Shown here in pieces: positions 50,501 to 64,000 of a stretch of 64,000 nucleotides of DNA. The translations under genes and the position numbers were made by a program. Where the stretch lies: the NCBI RefSeq assembly GCF_018350175.1, contig NC_058368.1, positions 185,692,001 to 185,756,000 of the forward strand, in the 5' to 3' direction. Within the stretch, counting starts at the first letter, position 1. Each line of letters opens with the position of its first letter. The DNA is from Felis catus (Eukaryota). Under the pieces are notes generated by a model. It made no database searches and was not told the DNA's origin. It was given only the letters and a program-made list of their open reading frames with translations.

Positions 50501-51283
50501 CTAGCAGTTATTATACTGAGGAGTTAGCATCTTAAGTGTTAAATAATGACCCACAGGATATTCCAACAGTTAAAATACAAGAGCATTGGAAATGAAGGGT
50601 TGGATTTTTTACATTGGAAATAAACATTGAAGTTTGATATAACTCAAATAATATGTGCCCATTTCTATACCTGTCTCTGCTAAAATTAATCACACAGAAT
50701 ATTGTTGCTATAGGTGTGAAAAAATGAGATGTGAACAAGCATAATGGTTTGGAGTGACCTTTGTTGGGTTACAACTCAGAATAATTAAGTGTCATTCAAA
50801 GTTCCAGGATTCAGGGGTAAGGCCAAAATTATAAAAATAAGAAAAATCAATAATTTTAACATTGACTATTTATCTCTATTAGACCCACACATGAAGTGTG
50901 AGATGATAAACAGAGCAGGATTTAGAAAGGTATTCAAACACACAGGGATAATTTGCCACAGAGAGAGACCCATGAAGGCAGAGTGGTCAGGTATGGTTAT
51001 GGGATGGGATCACGGATAAGTTCACTAATGGTGAAGAGGCAGTCCAGGCAAGCAAGGAGCATCTCAGAGGGAAAAGCGCTGAGGCAGGAATTAAGGCAGC
51101 ACTTTCTGGAACAATCAGGAAGGAAGTTATACCAAAGTGAGGTAGAATTTGCTTCATAGAAATGACAAGATTCCTGCTTGCTTAAAGAGCCAACAAACAT
51201 TGGTTTGGGTTCCAGCTCTGTCTCTTTTTAGTTCTGAGAACTTGGGGCTAACGTAACTGAACCGCCATTTCATTTGGGAAATG

Positions 51284-51354
51284 AACAATCAAACATAACT
51301 CGAATTAGTTTTCATAACAACAATTCAAACATAACCCCCAATTAGTTTTCATAA
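51284..51354 (+). repeat. ~35-bp imperfect tandem duplication within a MIR-like element
   Basis: aacaatcaaacataactcgaattagttttcataa / aacaattcaaacataacccccaattagttttcataa. Confidence 0.85.
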
Positions 51355-51402
51355 GTTTATGTATAAGAAGAAAAACAAAGCCAGTAGTGTTAATAAGTTA
51401 GA

Positions 51403-51628
51403 GGGGCACCTGGGTGGTTCAGTTGGTTGAGCAACGGACTTTGGCTCAGGTCATGATCTCATGGTTTGTGAGTTCGAGCCCCACGTCGTCGGACTCTTTG
51501 CCCACAGCTCAGAGCCTGGAGTCTGCTTTGGATTCTGTCTCTCCCCCTCTCCCTGCCCCTCCCTTGCTCATGCTCTGTCTGTCTGTCTCTCTCAATAATA
51601 AATAAACGTTAAAAAAAAATTTAAAAAG
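51403..51628 (+). mobile_element. CAN-SINE
   Basis: SINEC head and body; TSD aataagttaga / aataaattaga. Confidence 0.95.
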
Positions 51629-52564
51629 AATAAATTAGAAAACATAAATTTACCAGTTCTTGCTAGGGATTAGAACACAAAGAGTTTATCTTAGTCTACT
51701 TGTTTTTCTGGCTTCAAGATCCCTATATTCCAATCTTAGCAATTTTTTCTTAAATTTATACTTATATGCGTATTTACACATGTAGTTATATACATGACTT
51801 AATCCTTCAGTTCCTTAAAATCTTGATTCAAAAGTCCTCTTATCTGAATGACCTTCCTTGGCTGACCATCCACCCCTTAAACAGGGCATTCAACTCTCTA
51901 GACCATTATTCTGATGTAATTTATAATTTAGATACGTGACATCAACTGAGAAATTGTGTTTGTTTATCATTGCTCTTACAGTGCTAAATTATTAACTCTT
52001 TCAAGGGAAAGACTTACCCTGTTTTTATTTACTGTTAAAGCCTTATTGCTTAGTTACTGGCAAATAATAGGTGCTCAAGAAATATTCTTTAGTCTCCCTG
52101 ATTTTGAGAGACCAAATATTATCATATGGTCTGCTGTAGAATAAATGGCATGACCATGCAAAACATGTTTTAATTAATTGGAGTATAATATAAATAAGAT
52201 ACTTATTTAACCAATTTTAGTGGAGAAAGTTTCTTCCAACAAATACCCTAAAATATTAATAAAAAGCATATACTGAAGATTAAAAGATTATGTTTTCTGA
52301 TGTTCTCCCAGTTTTTGTGCCAGACTAATGAACTAACTTATTGTGTAATGTGGAATATTGCTGCCTGGAGTCAGATACTTTCTTTCCTTTTCTGAGATGG
52401 TAAATACCGATGATGTGCCTTGTTTATTCATTTCTCTGGTCCCTGATTTTTGTTTGGCTTGTACAACCCTAAAGTGCTTCTCTGCAGTGCTTCTAAGTGT
52501 AATTTGAAATCAGATTCTTTAGTTCTATTACTTTTCACACAGAATAAAAAAAATTGTATTCATG

Positions 52565-52567
<3 letters not shown>

Positions 52568-52604
<37 letters not shown>
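52568..52604 (+). repeat. (TA)n microsatellite
   Basis: Directly visible. Confidence 0.95.
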
Positions 52605-52607
<3 letters not shown>

Positions 52608-53751
52608 CCTCTTTTTCTCATGTCTCATACTGAGTTGTAGACAAATGAAAAGCAAATTACAGAAAGATACATATAGTACGATAACCATTTGGTAAATTAC
52701 AAAACAAGAAAAATACTATTTATTATTCCCAGAAACAGAAATGTGGTATAGTATGCAAACATGGATAAATGCTAAATTCATGGCAGTGGCTGTCCCTGGG
52801 AAGAGGGTAAGTGTAATAAGGTGACAAGGAGTGTGAAGGGACAATGAATGCCTATCTCATCCTTAATAATTTATTTCAGATGGATAGGTAGGTAGATAGA
52901 GACGTATGTGAAGCAAATGTGAGGAAATATGCACATTTGATGGTGTTTTATGTAATGTTTGTCATTTTACCCTTTGTACTTCTCTGCAGTTTAATGGCTT
53001 TTGTAAGTTAGAAAAGGTAATCATATTTACTGAAGCAGAAAGACAAAGCCAAGAGAAAGATTAGAGTACTAAAAATGACATCTGTCCTTCTCAACCACCT
53101 TCCTCTATCACTTCCTGTATCCATTTAAAAGAAAAAAAGTTCAGAAAGATTTGCTAAAGTATTAATAACATTATTGAATCCGTGAAATAATTTGATTCCC
53201 CTATTGTTCTCTGTAAAATGTTTTGGCATTAAAAATGTGAAAAATTATTAAAACATTGCCAGATAATATAAATGCCTGGTAAAAGTTTTGAATACTACAC
53301 AGCTATATTTTGTTTGTAGGCTGTTATTATGTAAGTATACCCTCTGATGTCCACTATTATATGCAGAATTCAACATCGGAATCTAGAATATGTTTGGTCC
53401 TTTTCACGTCCACTGGTGTCAATTACAATAAGGTTCCACTTTATTTATTTTCATCACAAGCACCAGGGAGGGGGTACAACCTGTAATCAGAACTTTCTGA
53501 AGGAAGAAAGATCACATCTTTGTCCTTCTTCATTAAAGGTGTAGCCAGTCCTTTAAAATATGAAACTCCAAGTGAGGTTAGTCTTACTTGAGTTCAGATA
53601 AACAATTTAAAATATTTGGAAGTACAAAGATTTTATAGTTGAATTTACTTTGTGCTTTTCTACAACTGAAGAAAAGGAAAGGGAAGAAGTACTCTTTTCC
53701 TGAGAAATGGAAAATAAAACTGTCCCATGCTATTTTAAGAAAAAAAAGGTG

Positions 53752-53982
53752 GGGGCACCCGAGAGGCTTGGTTGGTTAGGCATCTAACTTCAGCTCAGGT
53801 CATGATCTCATGGTTAATGAGTTTGAGCCTCATGTAGGGTTCTGTGCTGACAGCTCAGAGCCTGGAGCCTGCTTCGGATTCTATGTCTCCCTGTTTCTCT
53901 GCCCCTCCCTCCTTCCCCCCATCCCTCCTCCCTCCACCCCCTCAAAGATAAATAAGCATTAAAAGAGGAAAAACAAAAAAAA
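53752..53982 (+). mobile_element. CAN-SINE
   Basis: ggggcacccgagaggcttggttgg...cagctcagagcctggagcctgcttcggattc. Confidence 0.92.
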
Positions 53983-54384
53983 TTAAACTATCCCTGGCAC
54001 ACATCACTCGGTGACAGTTATTTGCAATGTGTCAACACCCCCCTACACACACCGCAAAACTTGTACACTTAGCTATGTAGTAGACTGATAATGCTCACCA
54101 AGATTCAAGCAGGAAATAAACTTGCATATATAGAAGACTTGTAATAAAATATTAGCTCACAATTCAAAGAACTGCTCTAAGTAGCTTAAAACTTGGTGTC
54201 TTCAAAGGTATGTGGCAACACAATATTCAAATTTTACAGAGAGATTATGGCAAAATTGAGTAGCTCTTCATGCATTCTATGTCTACCATACTGCCGACAT
54301 ATATGTTAGAATATGAAATAATGGTGTTCATGTGCATTTTAAAAATAGTTTTTATATTTTATGTTCAAAATAGCAAAATAAGAA

Positions 54385-55010
54385 CACCCAAAAACTTGCT
54401 ACTCCATAAAAGCAATGAAAACACTGACAAAATTATCAAGACCAACTTTTCAGAACTCTGTAAATTTACCAAATACTTGGAGCAATCTGAGGAGCCCTCA
54501 AGAAGCAATTGAATCTTTGCAAAACAGTGGACTTTTTGGTTTTTGAACTTCTTATTCTCACTCCTTTCTCTCCAGCTCAATAGTAGCTTTGAAAACCAAC
54601 ACTAGGAAAAACAGCAACCCAATATTCACTGGAAAGGTCAGGCCAGGTTTAGAGCTTTTCAAGAAATCCCATCCACAGAGAGTTTTCATTGTTTTACTTT
54701 TCTGGAAGCTCCTTGAAAAAGGTACATTCACAGAGCTTGCATGTATGTATGTATGTATGTATGTATGTATGTATGTATCATGTTTATTTATTTATTTTTG
54801 AGAGACAGACCATGTGCACAAAGCAGGGGAGGGGCAGAGGGAGAGGGAGACACAGAATCCAAAGCAGGCTCCAGGCTCTGAGCTGTCAGCACAGAGCCTG
54901 ATGCAGGGCTCCAACCCACGAACCATGAGTCATGATCTGAGCCAAAAGGATGCTTAACTGACTGAGCCACCCAGGTGCCCAAGCTTGTCTTTATTTGACC
55001 TTAGAGTTTG
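54385..55010 (+). mobile_element. Old L1 5'-region fragment (L1MC/L1ME-like) interrupted by a SINE
   Basis: ctccataaaagcaatgaaaacactgacaaaattatcaagaccaacttttcagaactctg; cacagagcttg|...|aagcttgtctttatttgacct. Confidence 0.65.
54741..54980 (-). mobile_element. CAN-SINE with (ATGT)n tail at 54741-54778
   Basis: SINEC motifs ending ctgagccacccaggtgccc. Confidence 0.95.
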
Positions 55011-55014
55011 CTCT

Positions 55015-56880
55015 GGCGTGGATGAACCTTCAAAACATTATGCTAAGTGAAAGAAGCCAGTCACAAAAAGCCTACATATTTCATTTATTTTTTTAATGTT
55101 TATTTATTTTTGAGAAAGACAGAGACAGAATTGAGAGCAGGGAAGAGGCAGGGAGAGAGAGAGGGAGACACAGAATCCAAAGCAGACTCCAGGTTCTGAG
55201 CTGTCAGCACAGAGCCTGATAAGGGGCTCAAACCCAAGAGCTTGAGATGATGACCTGAGCCGAAGTCAGATGCTTAGCCTACTGAGCCACCCAGGCGCCC
55301 CTACATATTTCATTTCTCATGAAAATCTCACAAGAGACCAATCCATAGAGATGGAAAGTAGATTAATGATTTCTAGTGGCTGGAAGGGGGTAATTGTCAG
55401 TGACTACTAATGGTTAGATTGTTTATTTTGAGGATGATAAAAATATTCTGTAATTAGTGATGATGGTTGTAGAATTATATTAATGTACTATTTTAATTAA
55501 AAGGGTGATTTTTACAGTATATGAATTATATAATAGGAATAATAATAATAATAATAATGTAATAATATAACATTACCACAATTACCATACACATTAGAAT
55601 GGCTAAAATTTAAAAAGTGTCCATACCAAATATTGACCGGGATGAAGAATCACAGATACTTTTGTGTATTGTTGATAGGGGTATAAGATGGTAAACAATT
55701 TTGGAAAATAGTTTGACACATTTAAAAAAAATTAAATTCCTATTCTATGACCCAGCCATTCTACTCCTTGCTATTACCCTAGCAGAATGAAAGCATATGT
55801 TCACACAATAACTTGTATATAAATATTCAAGGCAGCTATCGCTAAATAATAGAAACAAGAGTTATATCCATCAATAGGTAAATGGGTAAAGAAAAGAAAG
55901 TGTGGCATATTCTAGTCAACATTAACAGGGAGTAAATGATTGATACCCATGATAACATGAATAAAACTCAAAACAATTATGTTGAATGAAAGAAGCCACA
56001 CAGAATAGAGTTCATACTGTATAATTACATTTGTGTAATATTTTTGAATGCCAACTAATCTTAGGGACAGAATGCACATAAATATATGTGTCGTGTTGTT
56101 GTCGCGTTGGTAGTAGGAGAAAGTAGAGAGGCAGGTATGGTTTACCAAGGGGCACAAGGAAATATAGGGGTGATGGTGATGTTTATTGTCTCAATCGGGT
56201 AGCAATATATACATACATATGTATATATACACACACATGTATGTGTGTGTATGTATGTATATACATATATATAGGTGTGTGTGTGTGTGTGTGTGTGTGA
56301 GATATGCCTATGTATGTCAAAATACATCATAGTGCACTTTTAATATATGAAGTTATTATATATCAATTATAGTTAGGAGAATGTCTAAAAGGAAAAAAAA
56401 ATTGCTGATAGTATTTTTGGTAAGTGTGTGAGGCAACTAGCATTTTCACACTGTTGGTGTAAGTATAAACAGATACAAGCAACTGGTATAATCATTTGGG
56501 AAAACTTTTCTAAAGTGTCTATTTATGCTTAACATAGACATACCCTATGATACACCAATTCCATTTTTCATTGTATACCTGACAGAAATGCATATATAGG
56601 GTCACCAGAAGCATACAAATTTGTTAATAGAAGTATCTTTTTAAATAATTTAAAATTGAAAATCACTTGAATGTCCATCAATAATGGAATAGATAATAAA
56701 GTTGTGATTAAATATGCAAAGAAATACTATAACCTAGTGAGAATTAACAAATCATTGCTCCTAGAACAGTGTGAACATAAAAGCATAGTGTTTGATGAAA
56801 GAAACAAACACAAAGAGTACATAATCCGTACTCCATTACTATAAATTAAAAAATAACAACAAAAACCAGATATGGTAATG
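55015..56880 (+). mobile_element. Cluster of old L1 3' fragments (L1MB/L1ME-like) with a (TA)/(TG) microsatellite at ~56205-56298
   Basis: ggatgaaccttcaaaacattatgctaagtgaaagaagccagtcacaaaa; tatgacccagccattctactcc; aaatgtccatcaataatggaatagata. Confidence 0.8.
55087..55300 (-). mobile_element. CAN-SINE inserted in an L1MB-like 3' end
   Basis: Exact 15-bp TSD ctacatatttcattt at 55072-55086 and 55301-55315. Confidence 0.96.
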
Positions 56881-59224
56881 CCAACAACAATAGAGTTATT
56901 TGCATTCTCCTTGTCAAAATTTATCAAACTATAAGTTTGATATAACTTTTGCATCTTTGTATATGCTATTACATCAATGATTTTTTTCCCTTCAAAATAC
57001 CACACTTAAGGAATTCTCTCCATATGCCTAATAGTTCTCAATACCTCAAAATGTATCTCCTAAAATCCTTACAACCATTTCAAAATAGTTTCATTATTAT
57101 CTGAACTTTTTGTGTAAGCAGCTGACAACTTATTTTAACTATCTCGAGCAAGACCACACAGCTGTTTGCAGCAGGGCTGTGATTCTCCAGGTCTAGTTTG
57201 ATCACCCTAAATCCCATGTGCTCAACCACTGTACTATATTGCTACAGCTCAAAATGCCTCTGCAGAGTATTATAAAATTATAGATTTATCATTAACACCT
57301 TCTAATGTTGTTTTGTGTTTAAAATAAGGGAAGGGTATGAATTGATAATTAATCCAATAGTAGAGACCTTAAGTAGTTCGGTAGAATACAGATGGAATGC
57401 TTTGTCCTTGGCTCCATCATTGAAGAGTCCATAGATTAAGTCTGTAAAAATGCCAGAATCCTGGCTTGGAAGGTTAAAGGATAATCACCTCAATTGGTTT
57501 TAATAATATGAACCGAAGAAAATTAATTTTTGTGTCACTTTCCTGAAATCTGATTTTAGTAAATATTCTGTGAACTCTTAGCTGTGTCCGGTATGCATAA
57601 CTGGAGAAGCATATTTTAGGGTCCACTTCTAAGAAGTTATAGCAACTTCCTGTGCACTGACAAAATGTCTTTTTTAAATAGATACGCTTTTATTTTGTAA
57701 GTTTCCAACACTTTCATATTAAAATGGAACCTTTACTTTCTTGGCTTATAGCATTCTCATTAATCATTGTTTATCCTTCTAACCTATTCTTTCTTATGAT
57801 TGAAATGACTGCTTGAATGATTAGTTCTCTCCCTCAATTTACATACACAAAGGGAGAAAGGTCTTTGTATATAAACCTTTAGCTAATCTGTCCCTTGGCT
57901 TTTTGGCTAACTTCTGTAAATATCTTTGGAGAATGAATTTAAGAAAAAAAGAAAGGACAAATAGAGACTGTAGCCCCAGAGAGGTTTTTACCATATTGCG
58001 TGTTACAAAATGATAAACTAACATAGCATCTTCTTACTTCCCAAGCCACATCTGTAGAGCTGTCAATAATTAAAAATGTTTTTATTTTGGTGGAGAAGTA
58101 TTCTAAAGACTGAATGATTGGTTTCTGTATTTGGGAAACATTTTGAATCATGTAATTCTCCTGCGGTAGCACCTAAATTTATAATTCTCTATATTTTTTA
58201 AAGAAGGTATTTTTTTTACTTCATTCTTCACCAGAAATGTCTCTCTACCTTTTGCTTTTGTATACCAAAAAAACATATTTATAAGTATTTATACATGTAC
58301 ACTTAATGGTATGCATTTATTTTACTGGTTTTCCATAAAGAAGTAGCTATTAGAAACTATCATAATAATACAGTGTTAATGGATTATAATTTTAATTTTG
58401 GAAGGTAACTGTGGAATATCCAAATTCTTTGGCCTAGGTTACTGTTCCTCTATACAAGGACCCAAAGAAGAATTGTGCAAAATAAAACAAACAAACACAA
58501 AATACAAAAGAGGCAAAGAAAATTAAAGCTGCTTTACACTTTCACTTAGGGATTTGTTAGATTTAAGGTTACCTAGACAGTATAGATGATTCTATTACCT
58601 GCAATTCTCTTCTTGTGTTACCCAAATCCGTTGAGATAAAATATTCAAGTTATACCTACTAGAATCTGAGTAAAAGGAGTCAAAGAGATATAAAGCATGG
58701 TAAAATATTTGCCTCTAACAGACTGTTAATGAGTGATGGTAACTTCACATGGACTATACTATTTAATCACTTCAGTGACACTATGAGGCAAAGATGACCA
58801 TTACATTTGTGTTATAGGTGAGGAAACCAAAATTCTGAGGATTACAGAGTTTGGTCATGTTCACTTGTCTAAAGCCTACATCTACATCTGGTCCATCTTC
58901 CTCCCACTATATTTTACTGTCTATTCCTTCCCTTTACAGCCCAGTTTTCATTTAGGGGCAAGTAGTCCCAGACCAGCAGTTGGCCCTGAAAGAGGGAAGA
59001 CAGAGCATTTCCACAGGTCAAATGGTGTCCCAGACTGCTAGAGCCCTAGGGATCTTATTCCTTAGGCCATATGGAAGCAAGGGCAGGATGTGGCTCCTAC
59101 TACTTGAACGTTTGCTAGGTCTTCCATTGCCTTGAAAATCTTCATCCCCTGGAGTGTGACCCTTGACAATGTCTGATAATGAGACCAACCATATCAGCAC
59201 ATCTCCTCTGTGGGGGTTTTATTA

Positions 59225-59830
59225 ATTAGTCAGCAAAATCTAGGTGTGGGCAATCAGTCATAAACAGGATACATGTGGTCCTTCCCCTCAAGGATTTATA
59301 TTTAGTTGGACAGGGAGAGAGATGAGTCCCTTAAATAGGTCAACAAATACATCAGAATTTTAGATTCTGAAAGTAGCAATAAAGAAAACAGTAATAGGAT
59401 AGAGAATGATGGGAAGTGGGGAGAGGATAATTCAGATTTTAATTAGTTGGTTTTTTTTAGGTAGTTTGGTCAGAGAAAATTCTCTGAGGAGATGACATTT
59501 GAGATAAGAGCAGCATGCTAATTGAGAGAGAGTAGAATATTCTAGGCCAAAAAAACAAAAATAGCCAAATGCAAATACCTTAACTGTGTATCAAGCCTGG
59601 GATTTTGGAAGAAAGAAAGGTCAGCACCAATGGATGTAGCGGTGACTGATGAGAAATGAGTGCAGTAGGACAGAATCTGGTCACTGGGGACTTTTTTTTA
59701 GGGAGTTTGGTTGGATTTCATTCTGAAAGTCATATGAGGTCTCTGATACATGAATGATATAATCTGATATGTGTTCTTGAAAAAATGACTCTGGGTACTG
59801 CCGTGGAGCCCTCCACTCTGTGGAGAATGG
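59225..59830 (-). mobile_element. L2 LINE fragment (approximate)
   Basis: ccctcaaggatttatatttagttgg; tctctgaggagatgacatttgag; atgatataatctgatatgtgtt. Confidence 0.6.
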
Positions 59831-60844
59831 ATTAGATGAGTGGGTAGAGGGGCGATAAAAGTGAAATTAGATAAAAATAGCAGAAATAATCTTTATGAGA
59901 TATAATGAGATAGATTGCTTTGTACATTTTCATTTCTGGAGCAAAATCAGGAAAATGTTTCAAAGTAGTTGAAATTGACTCATTTGAAAACTTACATTTT
60001 TAAGTGAGTTTCTTCTCTTTTACTAGAAATTAAAAGAGTAAAATTTTGCTTAGCATTAGAATTAGCAGTTATTGGGTCAGAAGTTACCATAAAATCTTGT
60101 CATGTAGCTGAATTTCTTGTACAAAGCAGTGAAAAAATTCAGGGTGAGTTAGAAAAAAAATGTGAGTTTTCTGAATGTGAATTGAATTACCATGTTAAAA
60201 AGATCAGTGAGGCCTTGCTGTTTGAAGCAGAGGAATACTTTGAATAAATGTGATTTGTTTGGCAGGTCTGAGATTTGGAAAAGCTTAGTATAATATTCTG
60301 CTTCTTGTAGTAAATGAAAAGTCAGACAAAGAAAACATCTGTGCTATCCAATTAATGAAATATACCTGGAAAACATGAAGCATTTCTATTTATGTCCTGT
60401 AGTGCTTATAATGTATCAGGACCTGTATTAGGTATACAAGCAGGACTTCATGAAATTCTTAGAACAATCATATAAGAAAATATTGTTTCCTCATATTAGG
60501 AGTAGAAACCTGAAACTTAGTGAGTCATATTATCAAAACTCTCATAGTTTGTGGATGATGGCCAGAGCTTTATCCCAGGGAGAACAATTAAAAACAAAAA
60601 TTACTATTAAAATAAGCTTTAAACTAATTGTCAGTAATTATAAGCAATTCAATATCTGTCTTGGAATTCATATCTACCAAAACTTTATAACTTCAGTAGT
60701 GTGTTTTAGTAGTTAGAAAACAAAGGTCAGTTTGATGTATGATCTGATGACTAAAAAAGCAAAGCAAAGCAAAAGAATAATTAGAAGGAACAAAGAAATA
60801 AAAGATCAGGGTTTATTTCAAGTATTTCTGTAAATATGCTACAT

Positions 60845-61227
60845 CTGCACTGCCTGATGTGATAGCCACCGGCCATATGTGGCTACTAGACACTTGATTT
60901 GTGGCTAGTCCAAAGTGACATGTACTAGAAGTATAAAATACTGAATTTCAAATATCCATTATCAAAAAAGTAAATATATTATTAATACTTCATGCTGATT
61001 ACATATTGAAATAATATTTTTATGTATTAGGCTAGATAGACTGTATTAAATTAATTTTACTTGGGGTGCCTCAGTGTCTCAGCTCATTAAGCATCTGACT
61101 TTGGCTCAGGTCATGATCTCATGGTTCATGAGTTCAAGCCCTACATATGGCTCTGTGCTGACAGCTCAGAGCCTGGGGCCTACTTCAGATTCTGTGTCTC
61201 CCTCTCTCTCTGCACCTCCTCTGCTTG

Positions 61228-61259
<32 letters not shown>

Positions 61260-61423
61260 GTCACTCACACTCTGTCTCTCTGTCTCTCTTTCAAAAATAA
61301 ACATTTAAAAATTTTTAATTAGCTTTACTTGTTTATTTTACTTAATGAGGCTACCAAAAAATATGAAATGACATTTGTTCTTCACATTTGTGACTGGCAT
61401 TAGATTTCTATAGCATAGCACTG
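60845..61423. mobile_element. hAT-Charlie MITE (MER33-like) split by a SINE
   Basis: ctgcactgcc...tagccaccggccatatgtggcta...gtggctagtcc...; end gcattagatttctatagcatagcactg. Confidence 0.85.
61063..61316 (+). mobile_element. CAN-SINE nested in the MER33-like MITE
   Basis: SINEC head and body; TSD-like aattaattttactt / aattagctttactt. Confidence 0.93.
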
Positions 61424-62849
61424 GTCTAGAGGATTTCTTTGTTCCGTTCAAAGCCTGAGAATACGGTAATGTCAAAAGAAAAAATGCTTTTCTGTTATCA
61501 TTTCAAAGAAGAGATATTTAATAGGTGAGCTTAAGAAGGAAAAGTGCTTGAAGCATTCCAAGGGATTGATTTTTGCTTCCTACGTTTCCTATGACACTAA
61601 ATAAGTTGTATTTTAGTAATATCATGAGACAAAAATGAGTTTTATAAAGATGAATCTTTATGAGTTTTAAAGGTAAATGGTTTCCAATTTCATTTCAAGG
61701 TCAAATATCACTCACGAAAGAGAAAACATAATTTCAAAGGTTGGAAGAGTTCTTGAGTTTAAGATCTTATAAAACACATATTGCTGAGAAGGATATAACT
61801 GAGACCTTGAAATACTAAGGAAAAAAAAGGCGGCGGGGGGTGGTTTCCCGTCTCAGAACATTGCCAAATTAGAAACTTGGTTTTATTTGTCTTAGGAATT
61901 TTATGGAAACTTGGGTCAAAAAAGAGTTCTATGCTGTCTACATGACCTAACATATTACTTACTATTCATTGATCAAATCTATACATTGGTGTTATCACCT
62001 TACTTAGTGCACCAGGGCTTAAACTACAATTTTACCTCTTTTTTTTCTTTTTTAATGTCTCTCCTTCAGGAACTTAATGTTTAATTTCCAGCAGTGAGGA
62101 TTACTGAGTTTCAGTCACATTAGAATCTAATAGTACTTACTTAACACGCCTCATTTCTTCTCCAGATCAGTTCAGAGTAGGTTTGCCTTGGAGAACAACA
62201 TGTGGAGTCTTTGGAAGTGACAAATATGCTGTTGAGGGATATTAATCAGATGAAATTTAAAAGACATTTGCGTCTGGCCTTAAAGTCTTTGGTCTGGAAC
62301 AAATGGCAGTCAGAATCACTCAGTTGAAGTGTTGGAAAATGATCAGGAGTTTGTGTGAGTGACCAGGCATCTGTTGTATGTGAATCTCTTGGGCATCTGT
62401 CATTTAGAAGAGGAGCATGCTTTTAATTTCTGTCAAACTCACACTTGGATACAGTTTACATTTCAGAGTGGATTTTTAATCAGTGAGAATGAAACACCTT
62501 GGCAGCATTTAGACAATTTCGAAACCTTGAGGAATCATAGTTAATTTGCATTTCTCAATTTTCTTCACTACACAGACAACAGTTTTGGATCTTTACCCTA
62601 TCCTTGGCACAATAAAACTCAGAAATAAAAAGCCAAATATAGAACTAGCCATTCTAACTCGTTCAAATTTTTAGACCACCAGAAAGTTTGATTAAATACT
62701 AAGCATAAAATAGGCGATAGCCTCTTCTAAAAACTTTGCAGAAATGGTTAGTTTCATGATATTTTACTGGTAAAAAGAAGATAGTTGGGAAGTTGAGTAC
62801 AGAATCACATACACATTTGATATGTTTTCAAAATTATTCAGTCCAGAAC

Positions 62850-63992
62850 TTTGTTATAACATATTCTGGCTCTAATCAAACATAACTTTGGATATTTTAT
62901 TCATTTTAAATGTATGAAATATTTAGAAGAAAATTTAAGGAGAATATCTGCTTGATTTAAGAGCAAAAGTCTTTTTTTTTTTGGACAAAAGTGCTAAAAA
63001 TTAGACTACATTACATTTAGAAATTGTGTTAATAAACAGCACTAAGAGAGGAAAACAGGTAAACTATTCAGTGAGAGAACCTACCAAACAAAGCATTTGC
63101 ATCTAGAATACATTTAAAAATCTAAAAAGTCAATAAGAAAAAGCAGATAACTTAATAGAAAATTGGGCAAGTATCTTGAATAAACATATCTCAAAAGAAA
63201 ATATACAAATGGCCAATAAATATCTAAAAAGTTCTTAAACTCCACTAGTTATTAGGGGAATGCAAATTAATATAGCAAGAAATAGCACAATACATGACTA
63301 GAAGAGGAAAAATTTAAAGGCAGGATGAATACCAAGTCATTTGATGAATTAGAGAATCTCAAATGCTCATACACTTCTGTTTGGACTGTAAAATCATTCA
63401 ACCATTTTAGAAACTCTTTTGCAGTACCTACTGAATCTGAACATGTGCATAACATCTAACCCATTACTGTGATGCCAAGATACATACCCAGTAAAATGTA
63501 TATGTATGTCCACCAAAGGAAAAAGTGATCATAGAAACAATATTTGTAATAAGCAAGTAACTGGAAATGACCCAAATGTGTTTCAAGTAGAATGAATAAA
63601 TTATAGTATGTACATACATTAGAATATTATGCAACTAAAAGAATGAATTATAATTATGTATATAACATGAATAAATCTCATAAGTGTTAGATGGAGTGCA
63701 AAATGTCGGTCACCAAAGGAAACAAAATACTATTTTACTTGTATAAATTTCATGGAATGAATTTTGCACATATGGGAAAAATAGATATTGATACATAAAA
63801 ATCAATTTTAGATGGATTGTTAATCAAATTATAAAATATTCCTAGAAGGAAGCATAGCAGATTATTTTCATTACCTGGAGATAGACAAATATTTCTTAAA
63901 GAGAACTTTAAAAATTAAAACCACAAAAAAATTGTAGTTGGGGTATCTTAAAGAATTTTTTAATTAAGTGACATTACTAAGAAAGTGAAAAA
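62850..63992 (+). mobile_element. Very old L1 (L1ME-like) ORF2-end/3'UTR fragments
   Basis: aaaattgggcaagtatcttgaataaacatatctcaaaagaaaatatacaaatggccaataaa; attaggggaatgcaaattaa; ctggaaatgacccaaatgt. Confidence 0.8.
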
Positions 63993-64000
63993 GGGGCACC
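63993..64000 (+). mobile_element. Probable start of another CAN-SINE, truncated by the window edge
   Basis: ggggcacc after an A-rich target; only 8 nt visible. Confidence 0.5.

Noticed and set aside
53335..53500. Minus-strand exon-like segment (gattacag ... cagag|gtatac)
   Set aside because: Weak donor and stops in all three frames.
62041..62360. Polypyrimidine/AG sites and a gtgagt donor
   Set aside because: No open frame between them; cannot be supported without transcript data.

Overview
AT-rich mammalian genomic DNA from a felid (cat-like), inferred from about 20 carnivore CAN-SINEs including young cat-type SINEC_Fc copies and a young cat-type L1. It reads as a long intron or gene-poor region. 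It is mostly transposon-derived: SINEC, L1, MIR/L2, MaLR/ERVL LTRs, a decayed ERV1 (MER4-group-like) internal region, and hAT and Tigger MITEs. Only one convincing host exon candidate was found (43 nt, 14478-14520, + strand, gene not identified). The main unexpected signal is a decayed, frameshifted sequence at about 38925-40085 (+). Its conceptual translation is colinear with bornavirus nucleoprotein over nearly the whole protein, making it a candidate endogenous bornavirus-like N element (EBLN). It may extend to about 40876 as an N-X/P read-through copy. A young L1 at 45967-47540 appears to carry a ~180-bp 3' transduction. All family and protein assignments come from visual recognition and recalled reference sequences, not from database searches.
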